From Amphiscolops sp. MND2022 (taxonomy: Eukaryota), in contig OZ076409.1 in assembly GCA_964187785.1 (NCBI GenBank), forward strand, positions 29,638,001 to 29,702,000: a stretch of 64,000 nucleotides of DNA, read 5' to 3'. The translations under genes were made by a program, and so were the position numbers. This document shows, piece by piece, positions 34,939-47,951 of this stretch (position 1 is the stretch's first letter; each line of letters begins with the position of its first letter). The notes under the pieces were generated by a model. It did no database searches. It saw only the letters and a list, made by a program, of their open reading frames with translations, and was not told the DNA's origin.

Positions 34939-35200
34939 AAAAAAACCAATAAACAGAAAACACATAAACAATTTTCTGACGGCCCTTGCGGGACAATCGT
35001 CCCGGGGACGAACCCCCACCCGTCCCAAGGACAAACGGGACAAAATGGCGATTTTACTGTGGAATTAAACAAAGAAAGGCCAGTTTGTCCCAGGGACGGG
35101 TCCCATTTTGTCCCGGAAAGGGGTCCCGTTTGTCCCAGGGACGGCTCCTGTTTGTCCCGGACACCGTCCGGCCCAAAATGTTTATGTTTATTGGTTTTTT
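34939..35200. mobile_element. MITE-like element with TIRs and internal gggac/gtccc repeats
   Basis: aaaaaaccaataaaca / tgtttattggtttttt. Confidence 0.7.
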
Positions 35201-35730
35201 GGGCTGACCCCGGAGTACTGTGGAAAAAGGCCCCCAGAGCAATGAGAGCTATGAGAGGGAAAACCCTTGAAACCGTACCATTTCAACCGTACTTTGGGTG
35301 CACAAAAAGCTTCCTCAAAGTACTGTCAAACTAGTACTGCCAAGCAACGAGAGCTATGAGAGCAAAACGGCTTGTAACCGTACCCTTGCAAGCGTACTTT
35401 GGGTTCCACTGATTTACTTTTCTCCCAAATAATTGCATGCGCGTAATTTTGAAGTCAATTTTGGGCCCACCAACTCCCAGAGTATCGCTGTGAAAGAATT
35501 TTGGTTCAGCCGTGTGGAATTTGAGGTCCTGATGTGTGGAGGAATTTGTGTGAAATTTCTTGTGGCCAATTTCCCTGGAAATTGAAGGACGAAAATCAAC
35601 GGAAAATTTCGCCAAAATTTCGCCGCGTTTTTCATCAGTCTCCTTGAAAATTTCCTCCAAAAATTTCACCTGAATTTCGCTCTGGGGGACTATAGGCATC
35701 ATCAATTGGTGGTACGGTCACTTGACGCAC

Positions 35731-35879
35731 TCAAGGTGGGCTGCCTCTAAGGCCTTCAAGAACTGCTCTTGCTGAGCTGGAGATGCCGCTGGTGGCTCCT
35801 GTTGTTGCTGCTGCTGCTGCTGCGACGGCGGCTGCTGCTGAGGCTGCTGCTGCTGAGGCTGCTGCTGCAACTGCTGCTG

Positions 35880-35913
<34 letters not shown>

Positions 35914-35959
35914 CTCCAAGACGAGTTCGAGGGTCGTGGAGCTTGGTATAGATGCGGCC
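35731..35959 (-). CDS. Possible isolated poly-Gln exon
   Basis: An open frame absent from the track reads PHLYQAPRPSNSSWRQQQ...EPPAASPAQQEQFLKALEAAHL, between AG and GTGCGT. Confidence 0.4.
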
Positions 35960-36131
35960 CTTAACTTGGGCTGCTCTTAAGGGGACGAACCTAAGGGGGA
36001 CAGACTCCAATCTGCGTTTTCTGCGGGTTCGGGCGGTTTTCCGCGAAAATCTGTGGCTTTCTGCGAAAATCTGCGTTTCCCACATGCTTTGTACTCTACC
36101 CTTGGAATCCCAGCGACCTGCTACAGGACTG

Positions 36132-36348
36132 AGAACGCCCAAATCCCCAAAAGTGCCGGGGAGAGTGCTGGGAAGAGTGCCGGGAAAAAGGGGACTGCTG
36201 GGGGGACTGCTGGGAGCAGTGCTGGGAGGCCGGTTTCTTTGGAAAAGCAGAGAAACGGCACTGCTCCCAGCAGTCCCCCAGCAGTCCCCTTTTTCCCGGG
36301 CACTCTTCCCAGCACTCTCCCCGGCACTTTTGGGGATTTGGGCGTTCT
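36132..36348. repeat. Near-perfect palindrome (foldback/MITE)
   Basis: agaacgcccaaatccccaaaagtgccgggg...ccccggcacttttggggatttgggcgttct. Confidence 0.9.
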
Positions 36349-38398
36349 GTAGTGTTTTTAGTATCACAGGGTCCTTTGTACTCTAGGAAAAGGCGAGCAT
36401 CGGCAAGAATTCAGCGAACATCTGCGAAAGTAGTACCATAAATGGAAACTGGGGTGAAACATTACGTCATTTGCCCGTTAATCTTTTAATAGCAGCAAAC
36501 AATAACCTAATTCTAATAATTACATGTCAACAGCAACACTACATGCGTCTAAAAATGATATTAAGCTGAATTGACCAATGGTCAATTTGGCGGCAGCATA
36601 ATACTAGTTACTGCGATCTGATTGGTCAATAGCAATTTGGACAACGCGTCAACTTGACAACGCTGTACCAGTTGAACGCGTTTCCTTTACTTTTGACAGT
36701 TTACAGCATCAATTGATCAAACATTAATCCAAATTTACTAACAGCAACAATCAATTAGCTACATATCTGTGTAAGTTTGCTAGTTCACAAAAGGTGAAAT
36801 TTATTACAAATAGGATTGCATGTCACTATATGATAGTATATTCACAAGTAACTGTTTGCCGTCGTGTTGACCTTAGGTCATAAATTATTAACTAAAAGTG
36901 CAAAATGACTAAATTAAGCAACAAATCAGTGTTACATTAATATGCATAACAAAATAATGATGTTTCTGAGTATTTTAAGTAGGTCTCAAGTCCTGTTTAT
37001 ATCGGGAGGACGCCCGGTCTGGGGGCATCTAGACCATCTTCAGGGGTAACCTGATACAGTAGGCCATCACAGGCGGCAGCCTGCGACAGCTCCTATCCTT
37101 AAATTGATTGGTTTACGAAATGTTTACATGAAATTTTTCGCGGCAGCTACAACACTCGACTTTGAATTCTCGTCCACGTCCCTTCTGTCGTTAACCTTTG
37201 ACTGTGCAACGTGAACAGGTCGGTATTTTTTTTAAAAAAAACCACGCAGAATTAAGAGTAAAAAAGTAGCGATGTAATTTGTTGACCATTCTCCAACCAA
37301 ATGCTTGAATTGAATCAACTCCTGATATGCAAAACTTTCCCTCTGCGAAACTTGTCTCTTCATCAGTGGTATCACTCTCATACCCTGCAAGTTCTACGTA
37401 TAGTTGCTAATCGAAATTATTCAGTCTTTTGTGCCAAAGCGCTGAAGTAACGAAGAAAAACTGAATGTGGAAATTTCCAAGATTAGAACCTAAGAAAGCA
37501 GCGTTTTGAAATCTTTGGGATGATAAACTCGATACTGAAGTGCAAGTAACAATGTGTGCAACAGGTTGGGAAGGTTGTTAAACACCAATGTGTCCGTTTT
37601 GTCTCGTGGGGTGAAAGTGTTGTAGTTTTGAGCATTTACACTGGTAGTTTCATGTACGATAAGTGTCAGTCAATATAGCTAGCAATTGTTGGGAAATGTG
37701 GAACACAATTGGAGTTGTGTTCTTTTTTACAAGTTCAAGTTGGCCTTCCTGGTTTGTTTCAAAGTCATAGTGTGGAAAGGAGGTTTCTGAAATTAGTAGT
37801 GGAATTGGAACTTTCAATATTAGCAGTAAAATTTGCGGCTGCAGTAGTCTTTTGTTGTTTTCGTTTGTACAACATGTTAGGACGTTTTCAATCATGATCA
37901 GTGAAATAAAAAGTGCAGAAAACAATTTTGAATCAAACACTCAATTCTTGTAAAATCAAGAGTGTAAAAGCATTTTTTTTGGAAAAAAAAATAAAAAATG
38001 CAATAGCTGATGCCTACCAAGTATGGAAAAACATCACAAATATTGGTATGAATCAGCTATCACAACCTGGAGTACGTACACCAAATGCTTCATCGTTCTG
38101 CTTTAAAATCAGAAACAATTCAGTATTAAAATCCGAAAATTTTTCATGTGAACTTTTTCAGTTGAGCTCTAAAACATGAGGCAAGATTAGGTGGAAAATG
38201 AGAGTCTAAATCAGAAATGTTCGAAGCACTAACAGTACGGATTGTTCTCCAAGTTTTAATGTCAATCATTCACTTGCATTTGTAGGAACTCTGTAGACAA
38301 CTGCTTGCTCCCCTCTGATTCACCTTTCCGAGACACTGCTTCTCAGACGAATATAGCGTCTGGCCTCAGTTGGCGTTCATTCAATATAAATGAAAATT

Positions 38399-38848
38399 TA
38401 GGGACCATGTCATCTATTTTCCCCCAGGTACACCTTGTTGAGAATTCCCCCCAACACGAAAGCACATTTTGTTCTTGAATAAAAACATTTCACTAATAAG
38501 AGAATATTATATGAACGTAAATACTTAAAGGATTGTCTCTACAACTGTTTGGACACTTCAAGTAAAACAATACCATAATTGTTTGATACTATTGTCCACA
38601 ATAGCAGAAATTCACATTTGGAACAAGCTAAAATTGTATAAAAAGGCCTCTATTGCAGCGCAAATTTTGTCCGCTATGAAATCTAATGAGTAATTTTTAA
38701 CTGATAGTCAATGTAGCGGATAGGATTATGTCGATATCAATTATCATGTTGGACCAATATTTCAGAGCAAACGATGTCTACATAATGGTATTTGAACCTG
38801 TCTTATTCCCCCCCGGCGCAGTTTGGAGGGGGAAATGACATGGTCCAA
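38399..38848. mobile_element. MITE-like element
   Basis: Terminal inverted ggaccatgtcat / atgacatggtcc with adjacent ttccccc / gggggaa. Confidence 0.55.
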
Positions 38849-39214
38849 ATTTAGTTTCAATTAAATTAGCTTCAAGCGTTTGCACTTGCATCTGAGCTTA
38901 GCTCTCAACAACAAATTTCCAACTACGCGGGACGATGTTAACAAGTCTCATGGTTTAGAATTAATTTCTTAGCACAACATGATCTCGAAATAAGGTGGTG
39001 CCACTTGTGCCTGTGATTTCCTCACTTTGTGCACACAATGACTCATTATTGAACGTTGCCACTTTTGTTTACAGCTTCTGTTTGTCCGTATTGGTATTAT
39101 GTGGAAATGTAACTAGTCGAAACGCGCTCCATTCATTTGAACGCTAAAAAGTCTACCCTTTTTCAATACGCGATGACTTGTGTTCAATCGTCCAGAACAA
39201 TCAACAATACCCGA

Positions 39215-40912
39215 AATTGGAGGGGTACGTACAGCATTCTGCCCTTTTTATCCAATTGAACTGTCGCAGTCAAGAGTTGGATTGCCACGTCTTTTTCCGT
39301 GTTGGAGTCTTCTTCTTCTGGTGGTTCGTCATGAGAGTCTCATTTGGAGGTTGTGAGTCTTCTGACGTTTGAAGTGGAGTTTTAGTTGGCATATGGAGAG
39401 GATCGGAATGATGCTCTCTGTTGGTAGTCATTTTGTTAATAATCACAAATGTAGGTTCCTGATCCTGCTGATGATCAGTAACTTGAGTTTTGAAGTTTTT
39501 AGTGTAGTAATGGGTGTTTATGTCGCGCACATTGTTTTTGTAGTAGTCGTTTGGATGATGTGGCTTCAGAAGCTTTTTGGTTGGTTGGAAGAGTTATCGA
39601 TGTATTTCTGTTGGTAGTAGTTATTATTCATCTCTGCTTGTTGGTCCGTTGGTGTTTGATCGGTCAATTCATTGGTTAGGTAATGACCATTTTGGGCTAT
39701 CCTGAAGTCGCGTCGAAAGTCTCTATTCTCTGATGTGGACTGTCTCTTGTAGGGCACACTTCCGTATGCTGACGTCTGTGGAATTCGGTAGCGGCAGTCT
39801 TTTGCGGAATGGCCTGTGTATCCACAAATTTGGCACACTAATTTAGCGTTGAATTTTGGTTGTGATTCTGATTGGGCATTAGTTTGTGGTTCAGATGTCT
39901 TGTGGGCTTGGGAATTGTTGCCTGCAGCAGCGTCTCGCTGTCGTTTTCGACACTCAGCCCATTTGTGACCATAAATTGCGCAATATCGGCAGGTTCCATC
40001 GAACTTCTTCTTGGCCTGAGGTCTGTCGGCTTCAATTCGTTTCTGGATGACTGGTTTGCTCGGGGCTTCTTGTGTTTGGACAGCCTGGTTGAATGGTTGG
40101 AGGAGTTGTTGATTTGGTAATAGTTGAGCGTATTGGCATCTTCTCTGTACAAATGTTTTTAACTCTTCGATACTGGCCTCATGTTTACCAGCAATTGCCA
40201 ACTCGTTCTGAAGCTGAATGCGTAATTTGGCAAAGGTAGTAAAAATACAAGGTAGGAAAAATCTTAATGGCTGTTTTCGGATTAGACGCTTTTCACCTTC
40301 TAGCGTCTCCGCACTTTGCAGGTGTTAATTGAGTACTACTTTCAACTTCAACTGAAGAGACGACCGCGAGTACCGGTCGTTGTAGCAACCAATTATATGC
40401 ACTAACTATTTCAATACTATTTTACGCTTTAATGGCTTTAGCTTTAACATTTTCTACTGTGGGATTAAACTGATGACTGTATATTTCGGTATTCATGGTA
40501 ACTACTCTGTTACTACACTTGATGTCAAGAATTATGATTGAATATGTAGATAATGGTGCGATTGTATACATATTGAAACTTGATAAACTACACAGCTATG
40601 TCAAACAGAATAAAGCGATGACTGAGTACTCCAGTCTTACATGTGGGACTTTATGTATAAATACTAGGTTTAGGACAACAAACTGATGAAGAATGACATT
40701 GACGACTGATGATCCCAGTCATAATTGCAAGTATATTTAAACAATACTGAATAATAACTATTGGTATCAGTATATGTACCCGTTTGACTAGGCCAGTAGT
40801 CACTTGATTAGGATCACTGCTAGCATTCTATTCAATATAGTAACGTTATATGACGCTTTGTGCTTTTAGGAGTTTGTATAAGATAAGCTGTTTTCGGAGT
40901 TTCTGTATTTCT
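39215..40912 (-). mobile_element. Gypsy fragment D (family of E): partial LTR fused to gag C-terminus and pol start
   Basis: 40250-40912 matches the E LTR; ORF 39566-40201 has two zinc knuckles; KGRMLYVPLQF near 39230. Confidence 0.85.
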
Positions 40913-41760
40913 AGTTGTAGTCGGACATTTGGTGCAGCGAAAACTTTTGCTATCGTAGACAGTGATTCGACGAGTGAAATTCCATACGCGAACGTGCGTG
41001 ATTCTGGATCATCGGAGGAGTATTAACGCGATATGTGTCGTGCAGAGACTTCGACTGTTTTGAATTTATTAGCTCCTGACTTTGCAGTTTTGTTTGAGTT
41101 TTTGATTTGCGTAACCGTGAATGTTTTGGTTTTCGTATATTTGAGGTGTATTTTAGTACTTACTTTTGTATTTATTTCATTTACGACTGTATTAGTCACT
41201 TGGCATCTGCGTTAGTTAATTGAAACTGTTTGCACTTGCCGTCATATGACGTTTTTTTTCTTTAGTTACATGAGTTTTAAGACTGTGCATGTGAGGCACT
41301 ACGATTAGGATGTTAATGTTGCATGTATGAAGTGTTGTACGTTACCGCTAACTACTGTGTGTATCAGTTGTCGATTCGATCTTCTTAAGTTGGTTTAACT
41401 TAGTCAGGTGATAGTTTCAACTTGAACTTCTGGTTCTGATACAAGCGAGTCATGGTGACTGTATGTGGTGGTCTTCTCAGTTGTGTTGGGTGCAACGACG
41501 ATAACGTTGTGCTAACTTTGTGAAAGGTGATACATGGGGTGACCCATGTATTATTGAAAATGCATGCCGTTTAACTCATCGTTTTGTTGTGACTTCAGTA
41601 AGAGCTGCTAATGGGTTTCTTGGTTAAGCATGGAGGCTGCCGTGGCAACCCCCAATTTGAAAAATTGTTCACTCACAGAGCCTTGCTGTGCATGGTCTGC
41701 TAGAGGCGAGTCCTACCCATGTCTTCGTTGTTACTGAATGCTCGAGAATGGTATCAGGAC
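40913..41760 (+). mobile_element. Possible LTR end, PBS and leader of an unrelated LTR element
   Basis: ...gtcggaca tt TGGTGCAGCG; no coding homology seen. Confidence 0.3.
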
Positions 41761-41789
41761 GTTATGGTAATTTTCGGTTGTCGTTTTGC

Positions 41790-44700
41790 ATTCGTAGGGA
41801 CCCGAATGATACTGGAGCGTACGAATTCATTGGGCCGTCGTTTGTTTCGGTATAATCTTCTATCAAGAGGACATAACCGGCTGCGTGTTCACTGGCATCG
41901 CACATTATAACGAGTTGTTTATCAGGTGATGGCAGTCGTAGTGAAAGCTTTGCGGCTTTTGCGAGGGTTTCATTGATTTCGAAGATCAGGTCCTTGTGTT
42001 GTTGGGTCAATTGGAACTTGATGTCTTTCTGGAGCAGCTTGTACAACGTTTTGAGTTTTTCCGCCAGGCGTGGTATGTACTGCTTGTAGACTTGAACAAA
42101 TCTGATGTATCGCTGTAATGAATTGACGGATGTTGGAGTCTTCGTTGTCTTCAGGAACTTGTCGATTTTGTCTTCAATTGGTGCAACGCCCTTTGAGGTA
42201 ATGCTCCTTCCGAGGAAGTCGATTTGCGGGTGTCCGAACGCACACTTGGACATCGACAGTTTGAGACCTGCTTTCTGGATTTGTTGGAAGACAGCTTCGA
42301 TGTTTGATAGTAACTCTTCGACGTTGTGTGCAGCAATGCCAATGTCATCTACGTACTGCGCACATTTGTCGGCCTTTACAAGGGCATCTACATATTCTCG
42401 AACTGTGCTGTTGAATGCCGAGAGGGATCGGTTGAGTCCATGTGCCAGCCGTAGATAGGCGAAGGTTCGGCTTCCGAAGTTGAATGCCAGTTGTTGTACC
42501 GATTGTTCGTTTGCCGTCTGTAGACAATGGTACGCCTGCGAGCAATCCATCTTGCAAAGTACTTCTTTCCTGCCATGTGTTGAGCGGCGTCGGCGATGGT
42601 TGTGACTGGATGATTTTGTTGGTTGTAATCTTTTTTCAGTAGGTGGTTGATTCGGCGCAGGTCTACCAGGATGCGAAGTTCCCATTGGGTTTGCGCTGGG
42701 CAAAAATGGGTGAAGACTACTTGCTGTACGGTAACGTCGTGATGATACCGTATTCTTGCATCAAGGCCAGTTCGATGAGAAAGTCGTATTTAAGGTTTGT
42801 GGGTGTTGGAAGGCTCTGAGCATAAACTGGGTCATCATGCTTCGGCGTGAGTTTGATCTTGAAATCAGTATTGACGCCTATGTCAAGGCGGTGTCGGGCG
42901 AACACAATGTTGTACTTCACTAGGAGGTTCTCTATTTGTTGTTGCTCTTGTTCAGTCAAAATTGAGTTTTCACATTGGAAGTTGTCAAGGAAGGCCTTGC
43001 GTTGTTGGTCGTCTGCTGTTGGGTCTAATTTTTCTTCCTCACGAAGTTTGGTGATTTCGTCGTATATCCGTTTTCAATACGGTTCAGCTTCGACGGGTCA
43101 TCACTTGTCTCCGGTGTGGGGTACCAACGACGATCAGTGTTTGTGTCTGGTTCTTGGAACAGTTGGTTCAGGACATTAGTGGCTTCATCTGGATATTTAG
43201 TTATGAGCGTGAGTTGCTCATTGGACATTGGTTGCAACTTTTTTGCCTGATTGGGAGTCATTTTCCTGAATGTAGCCACTGTCGTGTTCGGGTTGAGCAT
43301 AATTGTGTGACTAGTTAGGTTGGTAATTTGGACGTGATTCTTCATTTCGGCTATTTGCGCCAGGGCTGGGGACACCAGTAGTTGTGTCTTTCTTTCGAAC
43401 GCAGGAAAGGTCTCCACTGTGCCCTGGATTGTGCCGAGGTCCCTTTCCGATAGGACAGGGACGATGAGTTGGTGGTCTGGTTGTATCACTGTCATCTGGG
43501 TAGTCCGCAGTTCGATCATTTGGATTTTGTATCGCCCTCGTTCTGGTTTGAGTTGTAATGTAATGTTCGGAAATTTGACTACATTGTTGGTGAGGTCAAG
43601 TGTCACTGAGTACTTCTCTAAAAAGAACATGCCAATCAAGATGTTACCCATGGTGGGGAGGATCATGAAGGTCTCTTCGAATACGTTGCCCCCAATGAAG
43701 ACGCGAAGAAGTACCTGTTTCGGACCGGGACAATGCTCCCGTTTGCAATTTGGACTTTGAAATCCGGGGCTGGGTATTCTTCCAGAAGTGCTGCAGGGTG
43801 GGCTGAGAGGATTCGTCTGAACTGGTTCGCTCGGCGCTTCTTTTGTTTGGACAGCCTGGTTGAATGGTTGGAGGAGTTGTTGATTTGGTAATAGTTGAGC
43901 GTATTGCCATCTTCTCTGTACAAATGTTTTTATTTCTTCGATACTGGCGTCATGTTTACCAGCAATTGCCAACTCGTTCTGGAGCTGAATGGGTAATTTG
44001 GCAAAAAGGAATGTTTTGACAGTTTCCTGTGCCTTGTCTCCGTAAGCTTGTTCAGCTACTTTCTTGTTATTTGCGAGAAAAGTGCTGAATGACTCTGTGG
44101 TTGGGTCGTATCGGAGTTGATCAAATTTGAATTTTGAGACTTCTGTGAGCTCCTCTTTTGCGTACTCTTTCTTGAAGGCCGCAAGTATATCTTTCAGAGT
44201 GGTTTCCGTTGTGACGGTCAGAATTTGCCAGAATTCAATGGCGTCGTCTCTCAGAAGACTCTGGAAATAATTAAGTTTCTGCTCTTCTGTCAGTTTGTGG
44301 GCATGCGGCCGCAGATGATTGAGTAGTAGATGCTCAAACTCGTTGTACTTTTCTCTGACCCCTATGAACAACGGGACTTGAGTTTGAAAAAATTTTGGTT
44401 GTGTCGCCCATGGAGTTGCGTTGGTGATGGATTACTGTCATCACATCGGTCAATTGTGGGGCGCAAGCGTCATCATTTCTGGGTGTCCCGTTCGGTGGAG
44501 TTGTTCGTGAACCCGTTGGTTGTGAGTTCGGGACTCCTGTCACCATGTCGGAACGACTGTTAGCATTGGTAGTTACAGTGTTAAGTACGTTCCCTTCTCT
44601 AGGATTAGAGGGTATCTGTTTGATAAGGGCTAAGACTAGGTCAGTAAGTTCTCCGATTTGTCTATTCATCTCATTAAATCGGCGGTCAATCACATTCGTT

Positions 44701-45755
44701 TCAGTGTTGTTTTGTCGATTCAGAATATCATGACTGTCAAACTCTATCATTTGTTCCCTAGTAAGGACATCAGCGAAACTGGTCTCACTTTCGTTATCAC
44801 TCATCTTTGTGCTCTCTAACGTATGTTTGTCTCGAATCTTTGATCTTGTATTGACCATAGAAGATGAAGGTATAAAGAGTTTTAAGACCTTATTGGAGTA
44901 TTGAAGTCAAAATACAAGCAAAATTGTATGTTAAAGCGTAAGTAGATTGTTAAAATTTTGGCAACTGTGTGGTAAAGCAGGAAAAATCTTAATGGCTGTT
45001 GTCGGATTAGACGCTTTTCACCTTCTAGCGTCTTCGCGATTTGCGGGTGTTAATTGAATACCACTTTCAGTTTCAACTGAAGAGACAACCGCGAGTACCG
45101 GTCGTTGTAGCAACCAATTATTGCACTAACTATCTAAATACTATTTCACGCTTTAATGGCTTTAGCACCTGCTTTTACAATTTCTACGGTGGGATTAAAC
45201 TAATGACTGTATATTTCGGTATTCGTGGTAGCTACTCTGATACTACACTTGATGTCATGAATTATGATTGAATATGTAGATAATGGTGCGATTGTATACA
45301 TATTGAAACTTGATAAACTACACAGCTATGTCAAACAGAATAAAGCGATGACTGAGTACTCCAGTCTTACATGTGGGACTTTATGTATAAATACTAGGTT
45401 TAGGACAACAAAATGATGAAGAATGACATTGACGACTGATGATCCCAGTCATAACTGCATGTATATTTAAACAATACAGAATAATAACTATTGGTATCAG
45501 TATATGTACCCGTTTGACGACTGTTAGTTCCAGTCGTTTTTGTGTTGCTATTTAGACGTAGCATCGAAAAGGTAATTGATTAATATATAAACTGCGTTCG
45601 ACTACTGGATAGGCCAGTAGTCACTTGTTTGGGATCACTGCTAGCATTCTATTCAATATAGTATTATTATTTGACGCTTTGTGCTCTTAGGAGTTTGTAT
45701 AAGATAAGCTGTTTTCGGAGTTTCTGTATTTCTCTCATGTTTTTTGGGCATGACA
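41790..45755 (-). mobile_element. Gypsy element E, decayed and internally deleted; 5' LTR 44546-45755; inserted into a LINE
   Basis: LTR TGTCATGCC...CCGACA, PBS TGGTGACAGGAG, gag (SRSDMVTGV), RT YVDD, RNase H MCDASE. Confidence 0.92.
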
Positions 45756-47950
45756 CCAATAGACTTGATGTTTTGTACAGAAGATATTCTAGTGAAATCA
45801 AGGTTACATGTATTGAACTTTGATTTGACGAAAAATTGTCCAATTGAACTATCCATACCTCAATCAGCTAAAGCCTTCAACAACAGAACGCAATCCTTGA
45901 GAAAATGTGATGTAACCATTCTCAAGAAACTGCTCTCAGAAACAGCTCTGAGCGGTATCTGCTGTAACCCAACCCCAATTATGGAGAAGCTTATGTTTTG
46001 TCTATATGGAGCAAAAAGTGAAAGTGTCTTTCGGCAACGTAAATCTAAACCGTGGTTCAATAAACTACTATATCAAGCATAACAATGCTTTAAAATTATG
46101 CGCAATAACTCTGACCCTGAATATTTTTGTCAGAAAAAAAAACTATTTAAATCATTACTACAACCAACTAGAAAAAATCATTACAGTAACCAAGAACTTC
46201 GGATTATCGAGGAAGCTGAAACAGAGAGATCTAATTTCTGGAAAATTATAGGAAGCCGACCACAAACGATAAACCAATGTGACGTCCCGATCTCATTGTG
46301 GTATGAGCATTCCAGCTGGTTATTGGGTACGAGCGCATGCGATGAATTCATACATCCTGTGACCAGTCTTGACGATTACAATAGAGCATAATTTGAAAGT
46401 CTGTTCACTGAATCCGACGTCTGTTATTTGATAAATGCGCAACCATCTGGAAAACGGACTGGACCGGATGGCATCTCCTATGAAAGAAACAAAAAGCAAG
46501 TAGAATTACTTGCTCCACTGTTGACTCAACTATTTAATGCTTGTTGGATTTCAGGAACGATTCCTGATCAGTGTAAAATTAGTTCTTTGTTGCCACTATA
46601 CAAAGGGTAAAGATCCAAAAGTGACCCAAATAATTACCGGGGTATTGCGCTGAACTCATGCGTGAAGAAACTTGTACTGGGTTAATAAATCAACAATTAT
46701 ATTCATAGGTTCATTGTAACAGACTGCTGCCGGACTCTCAGTATGGCCTCAGACGTGGGTATTTGACTATCAGTGTCGCCACCAACTTGAAAACGACAAT
46801 TGAAAACGGAATTAGTAGTATTGGTAGATATTATGTTTGCTTCATCGATTTTGCGAAAGCTTTTGATACGATAGATAGAACAAAACTGATGTCTAAACTG
46901 TGTGAGTTTGGCATCGATGGAAATTCTCTACGATCAAATAAGTGCTGTGTTACTAAGAACCTCTTCTGTATTCTGGACTCTGGTGTATTATCAGATACAC
47001 TTCAAACCTATACAGCATTAGAGTGCGCAGGCAAGCCTTATTTGCTCAAAGCGCAACATCTCGGATTCCACGACCATACCTTTAACCGTGCAAAATTGGC
47101 AAATTACGTCATTGGTCCCGGATTCCACAAACAAGCATTCCACAGACAAGCAGCAAAATTTTCGTGTCCCGGATTCCACGAAAAGCAGCAAAAAGCTTGC
47201 CTGTGCACTGTAATGAGGAGTGCCACAAGGTGATAAGCTGTCGCCACTTTTATTCTCTCTCTTCGTGGCGACCTATCTTCAGTCTTGAAAACAGCTATTT
47301 GTACAGACTTTTTCTATGCTGACGAATTAGCTCTCGGATCTACCGTTATTGACGACATACAACTTACCCTGAACTTTTTATCACGATATTGTGAGAAAAA
47401 CGATCTATGTGTGAATGTGTCCAAAACAAAAGTTGTCAAACTTCGACTGGGGGAGTTTTTCACCCGCAGACCTGCTATCATACAGATCTGATCAGACTGA
47501 CATCACGCCCCACTTCCTTTACCTGGGAATATTTTTCTCAACAAAGCTTTCTGCAATTTCACATCTGAATCATGTTAATAAGAAATCTAGAAATTGTACT
47601 ACCATAGAAACTTATAGAAACAGTGTTTTTGAGTTGAGGTTTGACAAGGAAACTGAACATAACTTGTCAATTTTCGGTATGTTTTGGAAACAATGGTGCA
47701 ATATTTCACAACACTTTCCACAACACTCATTAATCATAGTTTTATCGATGACGCCCACGGAATAAAGTTTTGTAAACCGAGCAAGAGACGCCCATTTGCA
47801 ATATTCTACCGTAATGGCCTCGACAATCTGCTATGTGACACCCGAAGCTGTTATTTTGTGTCAAAAGTCTGTGTGTGTAAGCTCTGTGGGTCAATATTGA
47901 GCTGCAATAATCATCTGGTCATTTGTAGTACCTCACTTTTTTATGCCTTG
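45756..47950 (+). pseudogene. Decayed LINE ORF2 (RT), copy 1
   Basis: GPDGIS, LPLYKG, NYRGIAL, FIDFAKAFDT, GVPQG, FYADE, YLGI motifs in shifting frames. Confidence 0.9.
47016..47215. mobile_element. CACTA/EnSpm-like MITE inside LINE RT (second copy 50765-50978)
   Basis: 21-bp TIR CATTA(G/C)AGTGC(G/A)CAGGCAAGC, 2-bp TSD AG splitting TYT-GVPQG; internal cggattccac repeats. Confidence 0.8.
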
Positions 47951-47951
47951 T

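Noticed and set aside
35731..36386. Poly-Ala/Ser/Leu ORFs and mirrored ORFs on both strands
   Set aside because: Alternative frames of a CAG/CTG tract and of a palindrome.
37005..37050. Penelope-type hammerhead ribozyme (minus strand CTGAAGA plus stem II)
   Set aside because: The required GAAA core reads GGGC; at most a dead remnant.
37650..37940. 96-aa ORF with a signal-peptide-like start
   Set aside because: Non-ATG start, short, no recognisable family or supporting exons.
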